Of a stretch of 64,000 bases of DNA, positions 1-13,454 are shown piece by piece. Position 1 is the stretch's first letter. The number at the start of each line of letters is the position of its first letter. The position numbers and the translations under genes are program-made. Source of the stretch: Octopus vulgaris (taxonomy: Eukaryota); contig OX597837.1 of assembly GCA_951406725.2 (NCBI GenBank), positions 15,872,001 through 15,936,000 on the forward strand, written 5' to 3'. The notes under the pieces are model-generated. The model searched no databases. It was given only the letters and a program-made list of their open reading frames with translations, and had not been told where the DNA came from.

Positions 1-262
1 GGACGGTTTGACTGAGGGCTGGCAAGGCTGCACCAGACTCCACTCTGATTTGGCAAGGTTACTACGGCTGGATGCCCTTCCTAATGCCAACCACTCCGAG
101 AGTGTAATGGGTGGTTTTATGTGCCACCGACATGGGTGCCATCCGCATGACACTGGTATCTGTCACAACTGCGATTTTACTTGGCTTGACGAGTCTTCCT
201 CTTTCTAAAATTAAATTCCCCAGAACAATTCGATTTTTCTCCATTAATAAACATACATGTAT

Positions 263-480
263 TTAACCTTTTTGAGACACAGTGTTTTGGTATTTGTGAC
301 CCCAAAAGACCCCAATTTTTTTTCAATTGAGATAATACCTACTGAAAGACAATCTCTGCTTAACTAATTACCCTTCAAAACCAACCGTTCACATCTGTTC
401 CATTGGATCGGCCTCAAAGTCCTGTCAGCTTGTATCACTTTCGGCCAATCAATCTGTCTGGGTGTCCCAAAAAGGGTTAA
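263..480. mobile_element. piggyBac-type MITE
   Basis: Starts TTAA-CCTTTTTGAGACAC and ends GGGTGTCCCAAAAAGGG-TTAA: imperfect terminal inverted repeats with TTAA target site. Confidence 0.6.
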
Positions 481-1480
481 AGTCTTCTCTCCTCACGACT
501 TCAGGAGGAACAATGAAGTCAATATTTTGCTGAAGAAATTTAACAGGACCAAAATAAATCTGGAGTTGTTTCCTACTCTTCAAGAAACCCTAATTCTTTC
601 AAGCATAGGCACAAGGCCTGGGATTTGGGAAGAGGGGATTAGTCAGTTACATCAACCCCAGGGCTCAATGGGTTTTATCGACCCAGAAAGGATGAAAGGT
701 AAAATAGAACTCAGTGGAATTTGAACTCAGAATGTAAAGCAGGAAGAAATGGCATTAAGCATTTTCTTTGACATGCAAATGGTTCCGTCAGTTCATCACC
801 TTTCAAAGAATCATAATAATAATGGTTTCAAATTTTGGCACAAGGCCAGCAATACTGGGTGAAGGGGTTGATGACATCAGCCCCACAATTTGACTGGTAT
901 TTATTTTATTGACCCCTCCCAAAAGAATGAAAGACAAAGTCAACCCCAGCCTCATTTGAACCCAGAACATAAAGTAGGAAGAAAGGCCACTGAGTGTTTT
1001 GTTGGCAATGGTAAGGACCCTGCAAGCTCACCACCTTTAAGAATCAGAATATTAGTCACTTACTAATGGTTTTTATTGACTAAGTCATTTCTTGCTAGTT
1101 TTTTTTTATATTTCAGATATTGAATATGTTAACACTAACATACCTATTTGTCTGTCTGTCTGTCTATCTACCTACCTACCTACCTACCTATCTATCTATC
1201 TATCTATTTTTTTATTTATTTCCCCATTTAAGTACAGTAGTCACCCGGGATTTGCGGGTGTTACATTCCTAGACCACCTGCAAATAGTGAAAAACCACAA
1301 ATATTGGACATGGTCCATAAAAATGCCTATAAATGTCAAATTATGATGTTATATATATATATATATATATATATATTGATAGAAATGTTAAGACAACAAA
1401 AGAATGAAAGAGACCTCGAAATTATGTAAATAGAGGAACTTATCTGTAAATATAATATGTGACAATTATTCAGTAGCCAT

Positions 1481-1541
1481 GATAAAACTCTGAGTTTCGG
1501 ATGTCGGGGCAGAAACCCATGCTGCCATCTCTTCAGTTATC
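1481..1541 (-). ncRNA. minimal type I hammerhead ribozyme motif inside a small insertion in the Tigger
   Basis: Minus strand: GAUAA-CUGAAGA-gaug...cauc-c-GAAA-CUC-A-GA-GUU-UUAUC; helix I GAUAA/UUAUC, intact core, near-palindromic short helix III. Confidence 0.65.
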
Positions 1542-1803
1542 TGGCCATTTTTTCGATGGCCAAATAATTGTCACATATATAATTTAATAAAAATTAAAGT
1601 AAAATGTACAGTTACTCACCAATAATGAATATTATTGATTTAAGACGATGATGATTAATGACTGCACAGCAAAGAAGATTTAAAGCTCTTCAGATGTTTT
1701 AGGGGATGTCGTATCTTCATGCAAGGCTTTCATGGTGGGCTTAAGGAACACTGTGATGGGAAGTTGTTGTTGTTGTTGTTTCTTCATGGTGGTGAGGAGA
1801 GTT

Positions 1804-3407
1804 TTACGTCTGCATGGCAGCATCAATGGCATCTTTCAAATGGAGAGACCAAACCATATAGGGATCCCCTGCTTCTGCCTTCCCTTGCAATTCCTTTGCT
1901 GTCCTTAAAAGGTCAGACAGACATCTGATTGCCAGGCCCACCTCATCCGTCACTTCCTCCTCCTCCACTTCGCTGGAAGGCTTCGTTAACTCCAACAGAC
2001 TCAGGGTTTCCGAGTGGGAATCGATGAGGTCTTTGACCTCATCTCGTGTGATGTTGTCAAAACCTTCACCACCAAGTACTTTTACTAGTTCCATCGCATT
2101 GTTGATAGCCTCATGCTGAATATCTTCAGGTGAGAAGCCTTTGTAGTCCTGGACACACTCTGGCCATATTTTCTTCCAGCATGCGACGAAAGTTTCTTTG
2201 TACGTCTTTAAGAGCAGCGTAGGTGACTGACAGGCAGGCTGCGATCGTGAAGTTACACCAGTACTACTTCTCGTCTGAATCCATTGCATCCACAAGGTGT
2301 TGGAGAGTTCTGAGTGTAAAGTGCCTTGAAGGCGCGGATCACGCCTTGATCCATAGGCTGGATGAGAGAGGTGGTGTTGGCAGGGAGGAACTCAAATTGG
2401 ACTCCCTTGTGATCCAAATCCAAAGAGTAACTACCAGCATTATCCGTAACAAGCAACACCTTGAATTTCATACATACGTTCTGGAGGTATTCCCTGACTT
2501 GAGGGATGAAGCATTGGTGGAACCAATTCAAAGTTAGACTTTTGGTAATCCAGGCCTTGGGGTTGTGCATTCAGTGGACAGGCAGCAGGTTTTTATTCTT
2601 ATTTTTGAAGGCCCTCGGATTTGCAAACTTGTAGATAAATCCTGGTTTCATCATGAAGCCAGCAGCATTGCCACACATAATTACCGTCACTCTGTCCTTC
2701 TGTGCCTTAAATCCTGGGGCTCTGGATTCATCCTTCATGATAAACATTCAGGAAGGCATCTTCTTCTACAAGAAGCTAGTCCCGTCCATATTGAAGACCT
2801 GTTCTGGCTTGAATCCCTTGTCCTCGATGATCTGCCTAAAGGCCTCGAGGTATTTCTCAGCGTCTTCTTTGTCAGCTGGTGCTGTCTCTCCATGCAAGAA
2901 AACACACTTTATTTTAAACCATTTCAGGAAACAGTCAAACCATCCTTTGCTGGTTTGAAAATCTTTGGGCTCCGGTGCTGTCAATGATCTTGGTTGTGGT
3001 TCTTCAGTGCTTCCTACTCCATCTTCTCTGTCGATCTGCAGGTATAATTTCAGCGCTTTCTCACGAATGATGTTACCACTCAAGGGGATGTTCTTCTTCT
3101 TGCAGTCACTGATCTACAGTAGCAAGGCAGATTCCATCCTGAGAAGGTGCTTATTTCTCACTATCATTATCTTTTTGGCACTTTCACAGAAACTTACTGC
3201 TATGGTAGTCCTATTCGCCAACTCATTCTCATTTATGTAGCGTATAGTACTTTCTTTGACAACATAACAGCGACCTACTGCAGAATAACTTTTACCTTCC
3301 CAGAACATATCCAGCAGTTGTCGCTTCTCATGGAACGTCATAACCTTTTTCTGGCACTTAGGTTCACTGCCAGAAGTCTTAGAAGATGTAGGGCGTTTGG
3401 GCGGCAT
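1804..3407 (-). pseudogene. Tigger/pogo transposase (CENP-B-type HTH + DDE_1), frameshifted
   Basis: Consecutive ORF pieces: MPPKR..KKVMTFHEKRQLLDM..KESTIRYI (HTH), FQTSKGWFDCF..LHGETAPAD, QVFNMDGT, LLVTDNAGSY, FLPANTTSLIQPMDQGVIRAFKALY; split across frames. Confidence 0.9.
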
Positions 3408-4334
3408 CTTAGGGCCTTAATAATACACTGCAAAAAACACAGCACTCCACAAAATACTTGAAATAGCTACTGGGTGCAGTTTTCCCCAAAAAAACCTACA
3501 AAATCTTTCTTTCATCTAATATGCACATAACACCGATGGGAGATTGAGCAGCGATTAAAAATAATCATAGTTTTGAAACATTTAGTTTGTATCACCACTA
3601 GATACAGTAATCTATACTACAATAAAAGAGAGAGAGAGACCAGTAATTAACCTAATTTCAATGTTGAAATAAACAATGTGTATGATCAAATGTGATGATT
3701 TTTAAAAAGTGCTGCTATAAAATTAACGTTCAGTGTTCAGTCTTGTGTTGTCTATATCTTTGATCTGTCATCGTTCACCCAAGTAATACTGGTGCGAAAC
3801 ACTGTATACACACACACACATTCACTACACTGAGAGGTAGTTGTTGTTGAGAGACAAATATAGCGAGAGAGGGAGAGAGAGAAATGTAGATAGATGACGC
3901 TACACTAATTAGCAAGCTTTAATTGAAAACAGGAATAAGAGATATAAGATACAGTGTACTTGTATCTAAAACAATCAAGCGACGTGATGCGCAGCTATTC
4001 TAATCAGAGGGAGCTTCTGATGCGAAGGGCACCCAATAAGCTGGGAAATACGGTATATTGTTTTTAATAATTTTGCCTTAAAAAGTATGAAAATATATAA
4101 ATTGCCACGGAAAATGAAATAAAAAATCACGGACGATATTTACAATTCTGCAAATATTTGGTGGTTTCCACGAATAATTATTAGTTCTGCAAATAACCAG
4201 GATTGCAAATGCCAAACCGTGAATAAACGGAGGGACATTGTATTCCTAATTAATTTTCAAATACATCCTGGAACTTTTCTATTTGAGTCAAAAAGCATGA
4301 TTTAAAAAAACAATTGCTACACAAACAAGTGCAA

Positions 4335-4590
4335 GTATGGCAGTGTGGTAAGAAGCTTGCTCCCAAACTGTATGATTCTGGGTTCAGTCCCATGACATGG
4401 TACCTTGGGCAAGTGTCTTCTGTTACAGCACCAAACCAACCAAAGCCTTGGGAGCAGATTTGGTTGAAGGAGACTGAAATATGTCTATCAAACATAACTT
4501 TATCAAGTCCTGGGATTATTTTGTTTGACTAAAAACCCTCAAAGGTGGTGCCCCAGTATGGCCATAGTCTAATGACCAAACCTAATTAAA
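4335..4590 (+). mobile_element. tRNA-derived SINE, family A (decayed)
   Basis: GTGTGGTAAGAAGCTTGC...GGGTTCAGTCCC...CTTGGGCAAGTGTCTTCT shared with many copies in the window. Confidence 0.75.
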
Positions 4591-6100
4591 AGATAGCAGA
4601 CAAAAATAGTTTTGCATGTTAATGATAGAAATTACGTTTGTTGGTTGGAGAAATAACTTATTGAAAAAAAAAGACGGACCTTTAAAAATTGGAATTTTTG
4701 CTAATTTTAGCCAATTACAAGTCTACAATTTTTGACATAACGGAAACCACAATCACTCTGTGTTTCCCATTAATTTTCTTTAAATTCCTTTTATTTATAA
4801 ATAGAGAGAAAAAAAAAAGATAAAAACTTTAAATGAATACTTTTCTTTTTTTTTTGCATTTTCTATCTGATGCTTCCCAAACAATTGCCAATGCAGAGCA
4901 AACACAATTTTTGGCAACCAGGAACTTCTGGTTGGCTAAAATTTGTAAAAAACATTTGATCTTTGAAATGTTCAGAAGAGTTTTATTGTAAATTTGTCCA
5001 TAAAACAAACCTGATTTTTGTAATTTGTATGCAAAACTATGCGTGTTTGGAAGATATTTTTGAAAATTAGGCTGTAACTCAAACAGGGAAAGTTCCCTAA
5101 CATAGTTATTGAGATGTTATTTAATGCCTGTTTTTTCCTGAATGGAAGGGTCAGACGGAATTTGAGGAGGCAGATTTTCTACAGCTGGATGCCTTTGCTG
5201 TTGCTGACCTTCACTGGTTTCTAAGCAAAGTAATATTTCCCCCACCCACCCCCACCCCATGGCCAGAAAACATTTTTCATAAAAGCCTAGAAACAACCTC
5301 ACTTGTTTGATGGTGATGGTCATTTAAAATCATCATGCAATGGCTACACAAGGGTACACACAAACATGTGTATGACAGGCTTCTTTCAGTTTCCATCTGC
5401 TAAATTCACTCACAAAGTTTTGGTTGGCCAGAGGCTGTAACAGAAGACATTTGCCCAAGGTGCCACACAGTGGGGCTGAACCTGAAACCCTGTGGTTGGG
5501 AAGCAAACTTCTTAACCATGCAGCCACGCCTAGACTCATATGCAATCTAACCACCACATAAACTATAACTCATTACAAAACCCTGAAGAGATCCATTGAG
5601 GAAATATTTTCCCCTCATCCAGGAGCATCTAACAGAAAACTGCTCAAAACATTGCCATGCAGTCCCTCACCAACAAACTCTAGATTCTGGCCCACAAACC
5701 CACTGTGTCCTCTCTCAGCCTTTTCTACCACTACTACAATGGCGTTTGCTCCTTGGAGCTCACTGTTCTCAAACAACTGCATCTCAAGTTACTCATACTA
5801 TGTCCCCACCACCAATTAAGCCCCTGCACTAACCACAAACACTCTTCCTTTTGCTAACAGAATATCTTCCTCTGGAAGTCTGTCCCCTGCAGGACTTACA
5901 AGCAGAGGGCCACTTGTGACTGTTCGAGAGGAATGGTAACCATGTCAATTGGTCTCATTCACTTCAGAGGCCCCAAGAAAGCAACCACATCGCTTCAGTA
6001 TCAGTCCCACTACACGACACCTCAGCTAAGTATCTGTTGTAATCCTCACTCAACCAAAGAAGCCCATCACATACATACATACATATATATACAAACATAT

Positions 6101-6146
<46 letters not shown>

Positions 6147-6849
6147 ATATGATGGGCTTCTAGTTACTGGATTAAGGTCAAATGTCAATTGAGAGGCTAT
6201 AAATCTTTGCCAAGAAGCTGTTTATTTTAATAACCACTCATTGGCCGATGTAACATTAACCAAGCATTCTGATTGGCTGTCATCTTTATCTCATACCCAT
6301 AACACCAAAGATTCTTTGAAAACTCCCATGGTCAGGATAATGTCCAAAATGAACCAGGACCACTTGATTCGAGCATGCAGATGATTTAGATCTCATATAG
6401 AAGCAGTTGTTGGAGCTGAAGGTGGCTTTATTGAATAACATTATAGAAAAGAAGGTTGATTTTTATCCTCATAGCATTGTTTGATAAATAAAGTTATTTG
6501 TTATTCTATATGTTTTTTATAAACATAAATCTGTCCTCAAATATCTTATGCACTCTGTATATATATATGTATACCATCATCATCATTTTACATGACACAA
6601 GCACTGACAGGATCACCATATGTGTGTGTCTGCGTGTGTGTGTGTCTGTGTGTGTGTGTTTGTGTCTTCTTCTTTTGACACATTATGCAAGCAAGATCTT
6701 TTGTTTCAAAACCTCAGAAACAAATCCAGCTATGAGGAAGGTTGGCAACAGGAAGAGCATCCAGTGGTAGAAAGTCTGCTAACATTTTCCATTTGACTCA
6801 CGAAGCATTGAAAAGTAGATGTTAAAATGAAGATGAATATATAAGTATG

Positions 6850-6898
<49 letters not shown>

Positions 6899-8064
6899 AT
6901 GCTCGTGAGTCTGTTTGCTATTGTGTTCTATAAAAGTCGCAGCTAATGGCAGTGGTTTTGCTATAATCACGTCTATCAACAAACTGTTGTCTGCTCGCTT
7001 TGTGCCTTCAAAGAGGTGTGCAATGTCCCGTTTTGGAAAAACAGGTAAAAGTCAACATTAGAAAAAAGCATCAAACAGCAAAGCGATGCCTCAGCAATAT
7101 ACTAACACATGCTGGCAAGGAAAAACAGATGTAAATCAAACAAACACAGAGGTAGAGACCCTGTTAGATATACGCTTATAGTCTATGTAGAAGAGATTGT
7201 CAGTGTCACAGAGTGTGCTTGGTATGAGATGTGGATAAAAGCAAATAAACAGGTTGAAACCCTTTTAAAGGTGTGGAGGGTGGAGCCTACCATTCATTAA
7301 TGTGTTATTTTAGGTCAGTGTGTGTGTGTGTGAGGGATGGGAGTGACGACTGAAAAGGAAGGGGTGTAACTGTTTAATAACTTTAAATTGGTTTTAACCA
7401 ATTAATATTCAGATTACTTCGTCAAATGTAATGCTTATTTGCTCAGTATTGTTTTGAATTAATTATGCCTTATTTTGAGGCTTTGAGATTTCAATGACGT
7501 GATTGTTTATTTTTAGAATGACATTGTAGGGTAGGAAGAAATGTTGGATTTGGCCAGTTTGAACATAAAACAGGCAGAATATTTCAGCTGGATATGGCTG
7601 GTTTAAGGGCTAAAGGGTCAGGCTTGTCCAATGTTATGGTGAAGGAAGAATTTTTTAGGGACTAGCAGATAATCTGCCCTTCAGGCAAAATTTCTGCTAT
7701 TTGCTACAGAAGTTTTTCTAATTTCAGCACAAGGGGGCCACCAGCTTTGAGGGAAGGGGCATAGTTGAGTACATGGAACCCAGTATTCAACAGGTACTTA
7801 TTTGACCCCGAGAGGATGAAAGACAAAGTCCACCATGGCAGAATTTGAACTCAGAGAATATGAAGCCTAAAGAAATGTTGTTGAGCATTATGCCTAGTTT
7901 CAGGTCCTGCCATTGCTGCCCTTCACTTATTAATATTTACACATTTGATCCTTCCAGATTCTGTAATTCCTTTGCCATGTTACATATAATTTGTCTTTGT
8001 ATTTGTCTAACAGCAATTCTAACTCAATCAATATATTCTGTATTTCTTCTTCCAGCCCCCTCGT

Positions 8065-8478
8065 CCCAATTGGCTCCTCTGCTGGTGGCACTTAAAAAGC
8101 ACCATCTGAACATAGCCGAACCCAGCGCCACCTTAACTCGCCCCAATTGGCTCCTCTGCTGGTGGCACGTAAAAAGCACCATCTGAACATAGCCAAACCC
8201 AGCGCCACCTTAACTCGCTCCAATTGGCTCCTGTGCTGGTGGCACTTAAAAAGCACCATCCGATTGTGGCTGATGCTAGCCCCATCTGGTCCCTGTGCCA
8301 GTGGCATGTAAAAAGCACACACTACACTCTTGGAGTGGTTGGTGTTAGGAAGGGCATCCAGCTGTAGAAACTGCCAGATCAGACTGGAGCCTGGTGCAGC
8401 CTCCTGGCTTCCCAGACCCCAGTCGAACCGTCCAACCCATGCCAGCATGGAAAATGGATGTTAAACGATGATGATGAC
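8065..8478 (+). mobile_element. SINE/LINE-tail element (family D) with internal ~75-bp tandem duplications and (GAT)n tail
   Basis: Three copies of CCAATTGGCTCC..GCTGGTGGCAC.TAAAAAGCACCATC followed by GGAAGGGCATCCAGC..CCAACCCATGCCAGCATGGAAAA..GATGATGATGA. Confidence 0.7.
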
Positions 8479-9087
8479 ATATATGAACACACATATATTT
8501 ACTCATATATAAACTCACAGAAAGAGAGAGAAAGAGGAGGGGAGAGAAAGATAGACACTAAGACAGAGACAGATGGATTGAGGAATAGAGAGACAGACGG
8601 AAACAGACAGACGGACATAAGGATGAGAGATACTTAACCCAAAAGTTACGATGAAACATTTAGACAAAAGATTGAAATAAGAAGGCAATTGACGGATGCT
8701 TGTGTACGTATTATCTAACATATGCTGACCAATGCAGTGTAAGTGGAATTTGGTAGACGGAAATTGTACGGAAGCCCAATGTCCATCACGCCCGCGCGCA
8801 CATATCGGGGCGCAATGGGGGTGGGGGGTGGGGTTATACTGCCGTAAGGCAGCACATCGAGTTGCGTCCCTTATATCCAAGTGCCATTCGATACAGACCA
8901 GACTTGTGTACCAAATACTTCCTTCGGCCGATAAAATTTGACAAAAGGAACCAGTGGAAAGGCGGTGCACCAGCATGACCGCAGACTAAATAACTGAAAC
9001 CAGTAAAGGAGGATGTGTGTGTTTGTCTGGCGGGTGAAGGTGCGCGTGTTTGTGGTACGAGTTTGCCGGAAGAGTACGAAGACTTAC

Positions 9088-9156
9088 GGGAAAAGCCGTA
9101 GTTTGTTGACGCAATTTTAACAAATATTTTTATTTGTTTTTTGTATTTTTTTAAAT
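9088..9156 (-). other. putative internal exon (probably 5' UTR) of a gene continuing left of the window
   Basis: Strong acceptor TTTCCCTTTTTGCAG and donor GTAAGT bracket 69 nt on the minus strand in unique sequence. Confidence 0.5.
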
Positions 9157-9237
9157 CTGCAAAAAGGGAAATCGTAAAATCTATTTGACGTTTAACTTGT
9201 ATTGAGTACTTTCAGGAATCACTATCTTCAAATTGTA

Positions 9238-9284
<47 letters not shown>

Positions 9285-9361
9285 TTATACATTGTATATA
9301 TATTTATACATTATATATATATATATATATTATATTCATACATATATATATACCTATATAT

Positions 9362-9397
<36 letters not shown>

Positions 9398-9416
9398 CAT
9401 ACATAGATAGATAGAT

Positions 9417-9508
<92 letters not shown>

Positions 9509-10940
9509 GATACTTATACATAAAAGATTGCTTTCCCAAAGCTAACTGAAATCGAATTTACAAAATTTGAGTGGAATCGAAACTGAATAAACTTTGCCAA
9601 ACTCCCTCCACTTTCAAAAGTGTTCAGGACTTTATTTCATTAGAAGTAAACCTCGTTCATACGAACAACAGACACGCTTTATAAATATAAATATATATTT
9701 ATATATAAATGTTGCATAGAATCTGTATATATACACACAAATACATCTGATTTATAAAATCAGATAGGTTATGTGGTTATCCTGTATATGTGTGTGTATA
9801 ATTATATACACTCACTCACATACGATATTAATGACAATGTGATTATGTGGCTGTCGTGGCTTCCCGGGCCATCGTCGGATGAGCAGGTCAGAGCAGGTTC
9901 CCGATCACAGACCATCCAACCTGACCCTGTTTCCTTCCTTCCTCCAGACTTTCTATTCAGGACTTCTATCCAATATGTCCTACTTAGTTTGTTTTTTGTT
10001 TGCTTTTAAGATGATGTAATTTGCTAAAAGAGAGCTTTCGCTGCTATTTCCTGCACATCCAGCGACCACGTTGAGGTTTGTCCGCTGGATCGACGCACAA
10101 AATCCACAAACACCACAATATATAAATATGGAAAGTTTTTCGGGGGGTGGGGGGCACGGGCGGAAGTCTTGCCATAAATATATAAATTGGATGTGATTTC
10201 AGGGTTTGTTATTGATGGTGTTGTTTTAGCCTTGAACGAGCAGACCTATGATCAAACGTATTCCGGCCAAGACCATCCCGTCGATTTTTTTTCCCCGTGG
10301 ACAGGGAAAGTAAAACCACAACTGACCAATGACTCGTTTTCTGAGATCAGATGAAGATTTAGCTGTTATTTCTAGCATCATGAGTGACTGCATAGAAGTT
10401 CCTTTCAAATTTGTGCGTGTGTGCTACATAAGGTTAACCCTGGCTTCTCTCAGCCATCAAGGTTAAGGCCAGGCTGGAGCACCGAATCGGGTAGGTGTGT
10501 GCGCGTGAGTGTTAGGAAATTAATTATTATTTAATAAATTCAACACATTATAACGTCAACATAAACACATCATTATAAAGAACCTATATATATATATGTG
10601 TATATATGTATGTATACATATATATGTGTATATATATGTATGTATATGTGTGGATATATACATGCAAAAACATGTATTTAAAGGCACAGAATAAGCAGCA
10701 ATATGTATACACATATGTGTATATATATATACACATATATACATACATTGTATACACATTATATGCACCCTGTATATACATGCACCCAAAAACTCGGGTA
10801 TATTTCACAATAATTACAAAATAACTGCATATATAAATTCTACACACTTTCTTATCCTTCTATTCAAACATTATATACACCTTATGCTCCTCTATATACA
10901 CACCGCAAACACATGCCTATATAGACAGATATATACGTAC

Positions 10941-11640
10941 CGTCTAGGTTTAGCTTTCTTGTCCATGTTTGCGAGTGTGAGGGAGAAAGCATAAGACTTT
11001 AAGACGAAGGGGCAGTTTTGGAAACGTTGCTATTACTCTATCTACTTACTTTCCTCCCACCGCCACCAAAAGGCGCCTTTCCTGCTTTTTCCCCTTTCAA
11101 ACTTTTTTAGTCTTTCTTCTGCATTTTGTTAGAGTAGCAGGAGGAGGAGAAATTCTACACGTTTCTCTCTTAGTCTATTAATTTCACTCCCTATGTTTTT
11201 ACTCTTAGTCTCAATAGTTACTCTCTTAATCTTTCACTCTCCTACTTTTACTCCTCCCCAATTTTTTCTCTCTCACACTCGATGTTTTTGCTTTCATATT
11301 TTTAACTCACTCTCTCTCTTCTTTTACTTTATCTATCCTAGTTTCACTCCTCCCCAAAACAATTGCTCTCTCTCTCTCCTCCTCCTTCTTCATTATAACA
11401 CTATTATTTTGTCTATTCTTTCCGTCACCTCCCCCTCTCTTTGTTAACACTGCCTTATTTTCTCATACTCTCAGAGTTGTAGTGACAGGAGATAAATACG
11501 TTGGTTCTTTCTCTTTCTCTCTCTCTTCTTGTCTGCCTTCCCTCCTTATTCTCCTCCTCCTCCTTTGTTCATTCTCCTCCGTCGAAGGAAGTTGTATCAC
11601 GTCCCCCCTCCCCCCGTCTCTCTCTCTCTCTAAGTTTTGA
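10941..11640 (-). other. putative first exon with purine-rich leader and ATG at 10966 (MDKKAKPR)
   Basis: Long GA-rich leader on the minus strand, AAACATGG start context, donor CG|GTACGT at 10940; 5' boundary approximate. Confidence 0.4.
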
Positions 11641-12054
11641 GACTTTAACTTCATAAGAAACAAATTCCGAATTACTTATTGAGCACTCTCGCCGAATAAA
11701 TACCTCGATTAGGACGAATTAAGGTGGCCTTCATGAGATTCAATCTGTATCAAGTTACTACATAAATAACACACACACATATATATATGTATATATGCAT
11801 ATATGTGTGCGTTGACTGCAGCATCAGAACACTTTAGCTCTTGTTTCTAGCATTGTAGGTGTCCTAACACGCTCTGTCAGATTTAATGACAATTATAGTT
11901 TTCCTTTTCGGTGATAGGTTACTAAACAGGTGCCCAATTTAATTATATATTTACTTGAATAATCACAGAAATGCGAAACAAGGTGGAAAAAAACTGTGCC
12001 CGAATACCAGAGGTAGAGTAATAGGCTTTATTAAAAAGCAGCAGAAATATCACA

Positions 12055-12147
12055 AAAAGCTGTTACTCAGAGTTTTACGTTCCCGTTCGTTGGACAAAAC
12101 ATAACTGTCCGACGAACGGGAGCGCGAAACTCTGAGTAACAGCTTTT
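12055..12147. repeat. ~42-bp-arm inverted repeat made of two opposed hammerhead-like units
   Basis: AAAAGCTGTTACTCAGAGTTTTACGTTCCCGTTCGTTGGACA / TGTCCGACGAACGGGAGCGCGAAACTCTGAGTAACAGCTTTT. Confidence 0.85.
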
Positions 12148-12179
12148 GGTTTGTTTCAGACATTGTACTGAAGTCCTGA

Positions 12180-12556
12180 CGGAGCCTTCAAGATTTTAGT
12201 CGAACAAATCGACCCCCAACACTTATATTTTAAGCCTGTTTGTTACTTATTCTATCGGTATCTTTTACCGAAACGTTAAGTTACGGGGACGTAAACAAAC
12301 ACACACTGGTTGTCAAGCGGTGGTGTGGGACAAGCTCAAACACAAAGACACATACTTAAATAGGCGTGTGAGTGTGTGTGCGCGAAGGGATTCTTTCAGT
12401 TTCCATCTGTCAAATACTAAATCCACTCACAAGGCCTTGGTCTGTTCGGGGCTTCAGTAGAAGACGCTTGTCCAACGTGCCGTGCTGTGCGACTGAACCC
12501 ATGACTACTTGGTCGGGAAGCAAGCTTTTTAACACCGCGGCCATGTCTGCGCCTAT
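12180..12556 (-). mobile_element. tRNA-derived SINE, family A
   Basis: Reverse-complement match to the family A copy at 33970-34370. Confidence 0.8.
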
Positions 12557-12557
12557 G

Positions 12558-12612
<55 letters not shown>

Positions 12613-12939
12613 GTACGTACGTAAACACATTGAAACACAGTGTAAAACACTTAATGCCAAATGAGTAACGACTCTCGGTCAGGACTTCCCACTTGATGGA
12701 TCAAACTAAACAACTCAGTCTCACAGCGAATAAATACATGAGTATTCCGCAAACACTTGTTTCGCACAGACGGAATCAGTGTGACACACGATGACATGGT
12801 TGGACCGTCGAATCACAAGTATAAATCCAGCTAAGTTTCCGTCAGATTTTCAATCTCGGGATCATCCTAATTCCAAAAAGGTATAATATGGCAATGCAGA
12901 GCAAATGTAGCCTGAGATACAGGGCTCCCAGACAGACAC

Positions 12940-13036
<97 letters not shown>

Positions 13037-13054
13037 GTATGTATGTAGATCGCC

Positions 13055-13290
13055 ATGTTGATTCGCTAGCTTTTGCACGCATTTTTTTCTCTCCTTCTTT
13101 CTGTGTTTTTTTTCTCTGTGTATCTTTCTGTTGAAGAGCGTAGGCTCGAAACGTTAAAGACTTGTTTTATTTATATTTCCTGAGCGCCATACTAATACAA
13201 TTGTTTGTCTGTATTCCACCTGCCTTCGTCTTTTGTTTATTTCCGTAAACCTGCCTTCGTCTTTTGTCTATTTTCATAAAGCTTACCGTT
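13055..13290 (+). mobile_element. short Penelope-pLTR-like element with hammerhead-like motif
   Basis: TTGAAGA-GCGTAGGCTC-GAAACGTT at 13131-13155, then CACCTGCCTTCGTCTTTTGT; homologous to 14876-15050 in inverted orientation. Confidence 0.55.
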
Positions 13291-13319
13291 ATATACATAT
13301 GTATATATACATACAAATC

Positions 13320-13364
<45 letters not shown>

Positions 13365-13393
13365 TTATATATATATATATGGAGAGAGAGAGA

Positions 13394-13429
<36 letters not shown>

Positions 13430-13454
13430 GTGTGTGTGTGTGTGTGTGTGTATC

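Larger units (their letters stand above)
1235..4240 (-). mobile_element. Tigger/pogo DNA transposon, near full length (~3.0 kb), decayed
   Basis: TA-flanked diverged TIRs (CAGTAGTCACCCGGGATTTGCGG at left; reverse complement of right end CAATGTCCCTCCGTTTATTCACGG) enclosing fragmented transposase ORFs. Confidence 0.85.

Noticed and set aside
1804-3407. Domesticated TIGD-like gene
   Set aside because: Multiple frameshifts, altered catalytic motifs and retained TIRs indicate a dead transposon.
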